Below, in pieces: positions 52,901-64,000 of a DNA stretch of 64,000 bases (the first letter of the stretch is position 1; every line of letters begins with the position of its first letter). A program made the translations under genes and the position numbers. The notes below the pieces were generated by a model. That model ran no database searches and had not been told where the DNA came from. It saw nothing but the letters and a program-made list of their open reading frames with translations. The DNA comes from Catajapyx aquilonaris (taxonomy: Eukaryota). The stretch is taken from the NCBI GenBank assembly GCA_000934665.2, contig KZ538006.1:62001-126000 (forward strand), in the 5' to 3' direction.

Positions 52901-55900
52901 GACCTGTGCCGGGTCAAGGTGACCAAACCGTACTTAAGAGTCTTCCTGGACACGCATGACATAATTTAGTAACACTCGAAGATTCAAATCGCCCCATCGG
53001 TCCCGTGTTTATGACGCCTCCCCGTTGCAGAATGCTGGTCAGAGACAAGGGCGGGGCACCCACAACTGGCCATCCACTCAACAGGATCCGCTGCCATTCC
53101 TGGTTAAACCTATTGCATGCTTGTCCAATACAAGAAGAAAACAGGTCCAAGAAACGTACGGTACGTGCGTTCACTCCTGTTGCACTTGTAAGCACCGGGT
53201 GGACATGTACATAGGTTATACACCTGCTATTACTGTGGCGACACAAATGGTTTCAGGCAGATCCGGAAACTGTCTGCTGTACAGCTGACAACACAGTTGA
53301 CCAGTTCACATCTGCTGCACAAAAAATGATGAACATTTGCATTTAATATCGGCAATGGTTCTGGCATCACTCTATTGCTGCTCACAAGAAGCGGCATTTT
53401 AAAAAAATTAACAGGACACCTTCCAGCAAATTCCTGCAAAAAAAAATGTGGAGTAATTAATTTGGCTCGTGTTGCAAGTAGGTCGCCAACGCACACGTGG
53501 AAATCACGCGTAGGTTTCGCGTCACTCCGGGCGACATTTTACAAAACCACCGCCTAATTGATAGGGCAAATTAGTCAGTGCTGCCACGCTAACGAGATAC
53601 TTGCTAATTAAAAATCCGAGGCTTGCAACAGCAAAAATCCAGGCAGCTGGAAAGTGCAATTTTCCACGCCTTATTATTATTGTGATAGTCCGATGGAGAC
53701 GTCCACTCTCCAAAAAGGCTGATGGACTTGGGCATAAATTGGGGAGGTAGACGAGCAGTAGTAAAAGTCGGTTTTATGGAGGTGGAATCCCATGGAGAAA
53801 ACCGTAGGATGATACGAAAGTCAGATAGGATAGTCCAGGAGCCAGTCTTCGAGGGGCCAGAGGTTAATGGGCACCAAGGTGGAAAGAAACGGCTGAGATT
53901 CACACTCAATTAGACTGCCTGTTTCGTAAAGTAGCTGGCAATGCAGCCCACCTGGAGGTGTCTAATCACGCTCGTAATACTAGTAGCAAATAGTGTCGTA
54001 AATAATTTTACAATCGACATATGAGAAGGGGTATACTCTAAGCAACATTCTTCGGCGTCTCCATTGATCCGTGTCTCTAGCATTGCTTAAAAAGTTCCTT
54101 TGGGAAACAAAAGATCCCCAACTGAGTGACCCCTAGAGAGAGGGAGGGGGACCTCCTCATTTGGATTCTGCCAGTCCAGCCCATCCGAAAAGGTTACTTC
54201 CTCCATTTCCACGTGGCCGCCGCCTGCCTTTAGAAGTGATGTTCCGATGGGGGTTTTGCAGTCCACCCTTCTAGAACACTGCCTTCCATTCCTTGCCGAT
54301 CACCACACCTCAATTTTTAGGAGCTACGCCCTCTTACCAATCGTTCCCCTTGATCTTTGACATGGGGTTTCCCGTTACGATGGAAATACCTTCAGGTTTG
54401 GGTACAGGGTACATCTGACTTATCAGCTAACAAGTTTCAGCTTCCAATAAAGTTGTAACATGCTGTCAGACTCCACCAAAATTTAGCAAGTTTTCATTAT
54501 ACAATTTCCTGCTATTCAAATAAAGTTGTCCCTATAGATGTGTCAACATTCACAGCCGCACGTGGTGGCTACAGGACAGCACACGCCTTAAATCATCGTA
54601 AGGAATGAGAAACCCCTTACTTTATTGCGTCTGAAAAAGTCTCGCCGAAGTCCCGATTGGGATCAATTTCCAAAAGAAACAGGCTTATCTAGCATCGTTC
54701 ATAAATCAGATCTCGCATATGCGTGTGTGTGTGTGCCATGCATGCCGCCCAACTATCAACCCCATGCCTTACCCAAGGAGGACAATATCATGAAACAAGG
54801 TCCTACCTCCGAGGCCTTTAAACCATATGGGGGGAAAAGGCGTCATTTTCTGTGCACTTCACCTACTATTCAGATGTAAATTCGAAGTGTGGGGTGGGCG
54901 CTCACTATGAGAGGAATAAAAGTATAGAGGAGGAAAAGGAGGAACAAGTTAGTCTCTCAGTTAGTAGGTCGAGCCTTGTTTCCTCACAATGCATGGGGGC
55001 AGCTTCTTAGAAGAAAAAAAGGAGTTTCTTTTTAGTGCTGCTCTGGCCTTCCTTGTTCTCTTTTCTCTCTCTCGTTATCTGCACCTGCTGGGAGCCCAAA
55101 CCCTGATTAACCTGCAACTGACACCGACCTGAGAAACATTATTGCCGGCGCCACCCTTCCCCGGGACCACACATGGATCACGCCAATGGCAGAAAAAAAT
55201 GCATGAATATGCAGAGATGGCTAATTGGGATCACGATTTGTTTTGATGTTCGTAAGTGTCAATGGAGATCCGTTGGCAGTGATAAGTGTGTTGCTTCCAG
55301 GACCAAGCGAAGATAAATCACTTTAAATTTTAACATTAAAATATGTTTCTGTAGTTAGAAAATGTGTGCAGTGTATAGTGATGCACAAATGTTAATTAAA
55401 TATTGAATCACTGACTGCATGCTTACATTTGACTGCAAAGTGTGCCCACATTCATTAGCCGAAATTGAATAATGCAATACGAGTATATTAGTAACGTACT
55501 ATCAATTTTGGCTACATAGTGTATAAGCAATACTCCCTGTTGTGTTCAATCGTTGGCCCCAAATGTTGCAACGTAACCAAAATAATATTTTGTGATGTAA
55601 CCTGACCTCCCATGATGCTCATATTGAGGTCAACCAAAACCCACCCTTTTACGTGATTGAAAAGCTTACTGATTAAGATGCAAAAGTCATGTTACACGTC
55701 TTACAGAAAAGGACATCAGCAAGTATAAAAAAAAATACTGGGCGTTAAATGTCGGTGCTGTTTCACCTCCCCCACACATTTACCAAGCATAATCGTTACT
55801 TTGAGGACATCCTTTTTTTCTAATGGAAAATAGTAAAAGTCCTGATCATTGGGTGGAGCCCCGTCTAACAAAGAGCGCTTTTATTTTTCACCGCAGCTTG

Positions 55901-58900
55901 GGACCATCCAGCAGACATTATACGAGTGGACACTCAACCTTTATGATGCGCCCCGAAAAATAAGCCCTGGACTTACGAGCTTGACATGGGTCCAATTTGG
56001 GTCGTTATGCAGACCGGCGCCTGACCATCTCCGGGGGCCTCATCGATTACTGTGATTCGGCTATTTCGAAAGTTGTTATACATCAAGGTTGTATTGTAAT
56101 TGCTCGTAATACCCGGAGGAATACTGATACTTTGGTGGTGTCCTTGGCACGTCAAGTTTCGGGCTTGCTTTTGGTCACATCCCAATAGAGAGTAAGGTGC
56201 ACCCCAAGGACGTTACGCGTTTTGGGCGGATTTAAGTGGGTGTCCCCCTCCATTCAATTACAAGATTCCATTACTGCCGTCAGTTACAATTATAGAATTG
56301 AAGCGTATAACCGACTATTTCAATTCGCGGGATGAACTGTATTGACCTCTCCTTGTGGGTAGGTATCGATATTCATATGGAGGAGTAATGACACACGGAT
56401 CGTGTAGGTGTTCCAGAACTTGGGCACCACCTCGCACCTGCATTAATTGAAAGGTGTTGTCAGTAAGCTTTTGGTACGGACAATAATACAGATAAGCTAT
56501 AAATATGTCACGCCATTTGAAGTTATGATTCAGATTTGGCCTCTAACCTATTGCAGTTATTGAGTTTCTCTTTTTTTTAAATAAGCAGCATCGTGACTCA
56601 TGATAATGCTTAATCGAATTTGCACCACGCTTTATCGGATACATTTGTCATTTTCGGATAACAAATTTTACATCCACTTCGTACAATTTAAGCATGGGTA
56701 ACATTTAAGCAATATTAACGCGAGTTGTCTGTCTACATGGCTTTTGCTGATAAGTTTTGGGACCCCCTTTTCTAAACAACAAGGACGCAATTGGAAGGGC
56801 AAGCCCAAATCTGTCTGTCTCACGTCAAAAGTGGAAGGATACCACCAGAAGCCCTCACGCATACACAATATACGCATACCTCATTCACATTCATACAGCA
56901 ACATCAATTTGGCCCCTGCTCGCCACGCCACTGCAAAAATTACACTAATATCACACATGACAGTTGCTTACATTATTTACATCTCCTCATTGATTGCTTT
57001 ACGAGCATACGCAGCAGGTTCAAAAAGTCATCCGGAAAATTTCAGTGGCATTGGCTGGTGGTCTTCACGGTAGGTAGAGGAGGAAAAAAAACTGTCCTGC
57101 AGGTAAGTAGTCAAGCTTGCTGGCAGGGAATAACCGAGGAAGAGGAACGACATCCGTGAAATATGCCCAGATGCAAGTCGAGGGTGGAGCATTTTCTTTT
57201 CCAAGTCCCATCCCATCCCGTGAAATATGGCGCAGTAAACATGAATATGGAGCAGCCATGCAAGCCCTGGCTTTCCCAGGACTCGTGTTACTGGGCGTGG
57301 ACAAAGTGTGCTAAGAAGAGGATACTTATTCTTCCCTGAGCACTGCAAACGGTCTTTCATGGTTAAAAACACTCTCGACACATTGCAAGGGATTATTCAG
57401 GTCCACATATAAATGCTCGCTGCTGCTGCTCAGCAGGCTCACACTCAATGAATGCATACTGGAAAACATATGGCACACTCGTGCCACGAATTCATTAAGC
57501 GAGTACCTTTAAAGGGGTCGTTCTTTCACACCATTTAAAATAATAAAGCAGGAACCAATCTTGCCAATATATCGGCGGAAAATAGCATGTGGTCAAAAAT
57601 ACCACTACATGTATGCACTCAATGTCCACCCTTAACATACGTTGAAAGTGGTTTGAATTTACGGGATGACAAAATTCATGTGACACATTCCCTAAGGAAA
57701 TAACCATCGCCTGAATTTATGAATCTTGGATGGGCCTGAGTTGGAGGCGTGCGTGTGTGTGTATTGCCCATCTAAGCATTCGGACTATTCCGGACCAAAA
57801 GCTAAAGCTACGTAGGGGACTATACATGTGGGGACAATGCTGGAGGAGCCCTGGAGGGATATTTATCGCCATCCACTCTGGTGGTCATTGTGGAGTCTCC
57901 CCCAATCCTTGGTCTTTTCCTGCGACGCCCATGCTGAACCAGCAGCTTTCCAAAAAAGAACTGAATTATGGACGTTATGTGACAACAGAAAACACCATCA
58001 ATATCTGCCCATGTTGTGGTAGAGGCCCCTCTGCAAAATAACCGCTTTGAAAATGGTTGACGGGCACAGAAGTGAAAGCAAGAGGTGTTTTCTTTGCTAG
58101 TTTTATGCTCGGGAAGACAACTTCTTGATTTATATTCGTGTTAAGCCGTGAAAATCACTTGTGTCTGGTTCAAAAGCGTGTAAAATATTTTGCAGGTTAC
58201 TATAATAAGTTATTGCTAAATTACAATTAGCAGGGTCCATATATTTCAAACAGAAGTGACCGGAAATTATGACAATTACATGGATATTATTGAGTCGGTA
58301 AAATTGTAGGTGCATGAAATTTCTCATTGTCGCATTGTCGCATTTATGTCCGACAAGTCAGGTGCGTCCAAAATACTTTCATAACATTATGGTGCACGTT
58401 GGTACAGCATAAATTCGCCTATCAAGACCACGCCCCCGTGGTACGAAAGAGCTACTAAATCCCTCTCGTTTGAAGCTTAAGTGTCCTGTTCACATAATCC
58501 CCATTTGCACGCTTCCAAGAATGGAAAAGGCCAACAACAGGTTGGGAATGAGCCAGTGCCACCGACTCTTCTTTTTTATCCTGCAGCTCAGTAGCAGCCA
58601 GCCACTCGGGTTTCTCTCGGAGAGTTTTGGACCACAACTGGTCCACAACCTGAATTTGTCACCGTCCTTATCTCGCTCGTTTGAGACTTGATATCTGTTC
58701 CACATATAAAGGCTCACGAGTGTAGATTCTCGCCTGATTGCTTGTTAGGTGCTGCTGTATTGTCGGCCGGTGACGTTTACTTTTGACATGTAATAACCGC
58801 TCCTCATAACTTCCGTAGGTTATATGTTCGTTAAGGACGAAGTTATTAGGAGCCGTCACCTAATGTTTTTGCAGTGCATTTAAAAGTCGCAGGTAACTGT

Positions 58901-61900
58901 TATTCGACATGACTTCGGTTGTGATAAAATGCTAATGCCAAGTATTAATGCCCAAACACTAGAGTGGAAGTACCTTTTCATTTCTCTCACCTGCAAGGTA
59001 TACATTGCATTAATATTGTTAAACTAGATGTTAGAACAGCTATGATGCACGTACCAGGTACAGGCTCAAATTTTTTTTCCTTTCTAGAAGACGGGAAAAA
59101 AGGGTGGGAATGAGAGAAAAATATGTTCGTCTGTCCTGCCCCCCGCCCTTCAGGAACCAGCTTTAAAAATGTGGAGAAGGGAAGGAAGACGAAGAAGACA
59201 CCACGAAAAAAAAGTTGTAATGTCTAATTTAACTGCGGCGTCTAATTTTAGACAGAGATTCCGTATTAAAAGGGGCGTTTCCACTTTCGGGTCTTCCGGG
59301 TTCCGGTTCGCTACTTAAAGAATTTCTGATCTCTTCTTGATTTAGCAACATCTATCGCCACAATTTTTTTTTGCGCTCAAGAATTTCTTACGGAAAAGTG
59401 CATTAGTTTAATTTAAGTGTCAAAAGTCAGATATACTGAAAAGGTTCAGTTTGTGACAAGTCAAAGCGTTTTGCATTAATACACGTCAGCAGCGTTAATT
59501 GAACCGGAGCGGTAAAAAAAACAGTTAATTTTAAACCAGGTTACACCAAAATGTCAGCTCCAGACCATTCCTGACATCGACCACCAACAGCGATACCCTT
59601 CTATATCCATGTAATTCAATCCCAAATCTAACAAAATCTATCGGGGAAGTTTAAGACCCAAAAAAAAGAATTATTGCTCTCCAAACCAAGCCGCCATTTT
59701 CTAAACTGAAACTTAATCAAGCAATTTCCACGGACGGTGGCAGTAATGACGCCCCACTACTGACTTACGACTTTTTCTTTCATGTGATTTACACCTTTTT
59801 GCCTACAGGGCTAGATCCCTATTTTTATCTGAGGGTGAATACATCATAACGAGATGCGACGCAAAGTGAGGGGAGGACCTAATAACCAAAAATTAGGCCG
59901 ATTTTCTGTCCGCATTCCGTATAGGGTGTAACAAAAATATATCGAGATGATAGGCAGGTGAAAAGCACCTGTTCTTCACATAACTGTTGATTTAGATCGA
60001 TTTCTGAAAGAAAAAAAAAACGACAAGTCCGACCCGCCCTTTTCTAATCCCCTCACCCGATTCTGCCCCTACCATGTTCTTCACACCTGGGTCACCCGTA
60101 CCCTATAGAACCCCACCCGCCGCCTCTTCTCCCCAGGCAAACAGGTCATACAAGGTGGGGTTACACCCAGCCTATATCATGACCCTAAAAAAATGGGTGA
60201 TTGATTTCTATGCTCACAAATTTATAGTCTCGATCAATATTGAATCACGCGCTTCACACATTTGGAGATACGAATGAAGCAAGGCTCGCATCTGAATCAG
60301 TCAACTCCACCCAAACACTGACCAACTAACAGTGTAACCAACGCCCACACAGGAATCTTCCCTGCGGCTGTGGATATACCTGCGGTTGTACACACACGCG
60401 AATCCGGACAGTAGATGCTTGAACAAATTGGGAAACTGTTTGGCACAGCAGTCTTAGACCCCGCCCTTACGCAACTGCTACCCTGGACAAATTACCTGGA
60501 ATCTCATTTGTCGCAATGTGACCACCTGGTTGCGTAAAAACGAAATAATAAATGAGACGGAGCAACCAGCCCTAATTGGATTATAGTGAGCTGCACATAT
60601 GTCATGGAAAGTTTATGCATATTTCGCCACCACTTCACAAATGATATCTGTCACATTAGCAGGCCTGCTAAAATGCTTCATAACGGGTCATTGGCAGTGT
60701 CCATAAAACACGGTCTGGTGACGTCATTTAAGCAGCTGTTGATGAATCTTAGGTCTCGTCTTCTTCCCCTCTTCCCCCAAGTTAAAGAATGGCTAAATCA
60801 TCAAGGGTCGAAGGGATGTCTGGGAGAAAAAGCCTCAAACTGGTATTGCCCAAACAGGGGACGCGTCAGGCAAAAGGAAGCTGCGAGGCGAATCGCAAGT
60901 AAATTGTGCTGCCAACCCAAGTTCACGTATAAAGATGATCTGTCACGCGAGGGGACACGTTCACAAAGGAGGGCTCCAGTTGGAAGAACTGGTCTTGTTT
61001 GGCCCCTTCTGCCGCACTTGTCAGGTTGGAGGGGGTGGCAAAATAATGATGGCAACCTGGGAGGGGATTGCCCTCTAATGACCCTGATTTGCCATCAAAT
61101 TATTGTCGCAGGAATCTGTCAAACATCATCGCTACTAACGAGCTACGTAAGTTTACTTATGAAAATTCTGCAACATTGTTTTCATGCTTCCCCTTGAACT
61201 TGAGCTTTGCACCACCCTGTACTTATATGCCTTCTAACTTGACGACAACTTAACAGCCGTTTTGTTTTTAAGCCAGGAATAGTGACGGTTGTTTTATGGC
61301 GCCCTCCCACTGGGTTGGGCATGTGATACACATACTTCGGAAATAAATCACTTTTTAGCTGATTTGCGAGCCCACCAATAGAGCCCCATAAAACCTTGAA
61401 ATTTCGCCACCCAAAAAGTGCTGATGATTGGTAAGCATTAAAATGAGCCAAAGAAATCTGGCTAACACGGCCGACTTCTCTTTTACGACGCTTCTGGGGT
61501 GAAGGCAAATGACTCGAGGTGACACTCGTAACAAGCGCCAATATTGTTTGCATAGAAATTTTAAAAAAAGAAAGAAAGGACTCTCACGTGTGGAGGGGGT
61601 AATGGACTTGTAAAATTTTACACGCCAAAATAGCTGTGCGCTACTTCACCACTATACTCAGGGTAGTTAGTTAATGACATTTATTTTTTGCATGCACAAA
61701 TTTCCTTGTATTGGGCAGTGCACCTTTTCTGGATATGGTGACATAATTGTGTTGTGGGAAGCAGAGGAGTCAATAAATTAAGCAATGCCTTCAGGGCTAT
61801 CGGCCGAGTTGTAAACCGCACCCTTTGTCACCTACGTCACAATTTTCGATTGTAATTTATACCTGCTGAGCCGTAATTTTATGAGGACAAGCAATGACCT

Positions 61901-62263
61901 AGCCTATACCATACCTGGATAATTAATGAGATTTCGCGCAGTACCGTTCTAGCAATTTGCCACCTTATACAGTTCATTCTGGATATAACATACAAATGTT
62001 TGTTATAGACGAATCGCCACTTTTGCATAAAGTTTTCTGCCTGCCGGTTGCAAATAATGCACAATACTGGATACTGATTTATGACAATATCCACAAAAAT
62101 TCAAAATCAGCCTCATGTGCAAAACTTGCGACTAGTGTGAGGGTTGACCTCCTCAGGTCATCCCTTTGACCCCGAAAGGTCACTCAGGGTCGTTTATATC
62201 CGGAGTCTACTGTACATGTATAATTCATTTTTATGTTCTACTTAATTCGGTGCAATACTTTAC

Positions 62264-62774
62264 CTCTGACTGCGGCCATAACCTTATCCAAATTCCGAAT
62301 GGTAATGGGCACAAGACTTGAGTTGAGGTAGTAGTGACCTTTCCTGTCGGGGTCAGCCACCACCAGGAAAATGCGCGTGTCCCGATTGCGAACCCGTCCC
62401 AGACAGAACTTTGGGTTACCCACGCCTCGGACAGTCACCCGTTGACCCTCTGTCAATCCGTCACTAGAATGGCGACGACCTTTGAGGACTCGCTTGACCT
62501 GCACAACCACCGCTGGAGGGTCATCAGGTCTGGACAGCACGTAGTGGTCCTCTAGTACCTCGTTGGTCAGCAGGGAAGACACTATTTTCTCCACTTTAGC
62601 CGTGAATATGTGCGTCGCCCTTTGTTCCTTCTCCTTCATGGTGCCCTCTAGACAAGGGTGGTCACGCACTGAGCACACGCACGTGCGAAACATGACCAGG
62701 AACACTAAGACTGTTAAGGCCAGCATTGCACAGCACAAATCTCGCACCCACTCGGAACCACTAAGAAGCAGCAT
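62264..62774 (-). CDS. AGRN: Agrin-like signal peptide + NtA (laminin-binding) domain, distal cassette; single coding exon ending in a phase-1 donor
   Basis: ORF 62238-62774: hydrophobic leader (MLALTVLVFLVMFRTCVC), then CLEGTMKEKEQRATHIFTAKVEKI...VQVKRVLKG...VRGVGNPKFC..RVRNRDTRIFLV...LNSSLVPITIRNLDKV. This matches the agrin NtA pattern as I recall it (C-ERALE-REEEANVVLTGTVE..VRVWRYLKG..GFGDPLIC..DTRIFFV..LNSSLMRITLRNL). Donor AGAG|GTAAAG after 62264 (511 nt, phase 1). The symbol is by domain recognition; downstream agrin exons are not in the window. Confidence 0.88.
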
Positions 62775-64000
62775 CTAGCTTCCTAAGTTTTTAACCTAGC
62801 TGGCACAAGAGGCAAAAACCACGCAAATGAGTAAAAAATCCTGCAAAAACGTTCCTTCTGGAGGAAAAAAACAACCAGTGGGTTCTGAGGGAGGAAACAG
62901 GAGACATCACTTTTGAGGATCGGAGGTATTAACGGCATCTCGTATTTTTAATACGTTGGCTTCCAGAAAAACCAGCAGGGTTAAAAAATCTGACAAACAC
63001 ATATAGAAATTTTTGGTCCTCTGTTTGCCTCTACCAGGAAAGGGTTGGGGGCGATGTGATCAAGCAGTTTTTTGGTGTATTCTTTTTCTGGATATATCAA
63101 GTCGCTAAATATGACTGGCATTTGGTGGAAAAAATTTAGAGAGGGAGATGCGACGACAATACGCGTGGCCTGTGGGGGTTATGGTTTTTTCATCCTGATT
63201 ATATTTGCAGAGACATGCCAAGCAGTTGTTTCAGAATAACTCACTATTCCCGTGTAAAATCCTGAAACTAAAATGATATAAGAAGACTTTTATGGTCGAT
63301 TGTGGAAAAAAAATGCATGTGTGAATACAAGGCAAAATTTAGGTCACAGTTAGAAACCAGTAGCAACATTGAAACGCCTAGAAAGTTAATACCCAACACT
63401 TTAGTCCCAAAATTTCTAACAGTACTCCCCCGTTATTATCCGAGAGGCTGAGGCACTACTGTGCAACATCCTGGGTAATTAGCGGTCAGTCAGTGGCGTT
63501 AAACAATCCGGTAAACAAAACCTGGAAACTAATTGCTGGCGGTTTTCTTCCCCCCTCCAATCATTTTGTTGTGCAATGGCCGAACGCAGAAGAGGTATTT
63601 TTCCCACGGAAAAGGGCTAGTGTGACACGCGGCAACCTCAGCATTGTGTCAGTTCCTCCGCCCGTGAAAATGTTAATTACTACCTTACGTTGACTTGATT
63701 AACCCGACCCCTTTGGCTTCCATCAGAGGGTCCACCTCTTTTTGCGCCCACTTTTGGCCAACAAGAGGCATTCACATGTCGCCTACGAGAGGGCGCGGTT
63801 GCCATGCCAAATGACGGGTAAATCTCGGGAATTTAACTAACGCCCATACAATCATGATGTATGAAACTGCATAAAAGGAAAGACAGCATGTGACACGGTT
63901 GTCCTTAGAATCAAAGTGAGACATTGCTGGAATGAACGCACCTTTTGCTGCTGCGTTTGTCTTTCCCAAGATGGTGACTGACAACCGCAGCGGAGGCAGC

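Noticed and set aside
58984..59010. Additional minus-strand AG|GTGAG sites (58991; also about 45297 and 48316) as recursive sites
   Set aside because: Pyrimidine tracts are weak and the donors less consensus than at 26100; not distinguishable from background.
60586..61197. 203-aa plus-strand ORF
   Set aside because: GTG start and no recognisable motif; likely a chance ORF.
62238..62774. Alternative identification of the NtA cassettes as TIMP/NTR or vein/neuregulin N-termini
   Set aside because: The G.GNP..C, DTRIF and L(N/D)SSL..IT motifs match agrin NtA specifically, although the downstream domains needed for full confirmation are outside the window.

Overview
This is eukaryotic, probably arthropod, genomic DNA; the taxon is inferred from 62-66 nt introns, TTAGG-like repeats and the LRR family, not determined. 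About 90% is non-coding. The minus strand carries the 5' end of an agrin-like locus with TWO divergent signal-peptide + agrin N-terminal (NtA) domain cassettes about 18 kb apart. The distal cassette is intronless (62774-62264) and the proximal one has two exons (44448-44212 + 43438-43222). Both end at the same codon position in a phase-1 splice donor, which suggests alternative variable first exons sharing a constant region. No follistatin/Kazal exon is visible in the following 43 kb, so that region appears to be one very large intron. The intron inside the proximal cassette has 20-nt complementary ends that pair over a 3' splice site lacking a polypyrimidine tract. The large intron contains a strong recursive-splice-type AG|GTGAGT site with a 43-nt cryptic exon whose donor lies in a hairpin (26100-26051). 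Nested antisense in the same intron are two tandem, divergent RNI-like LRR genes with BC-box-like N-termini (31424-34930, 5 coding exons; 35185-36883, 2 coding exons). The rest is MITEs (hAT, Tc1/mariner-pogo type, some nested), a foldback-like repeat, microsatellites and small assembly gaps. I found no rRNA, convincing tRNA or CRISPR array.
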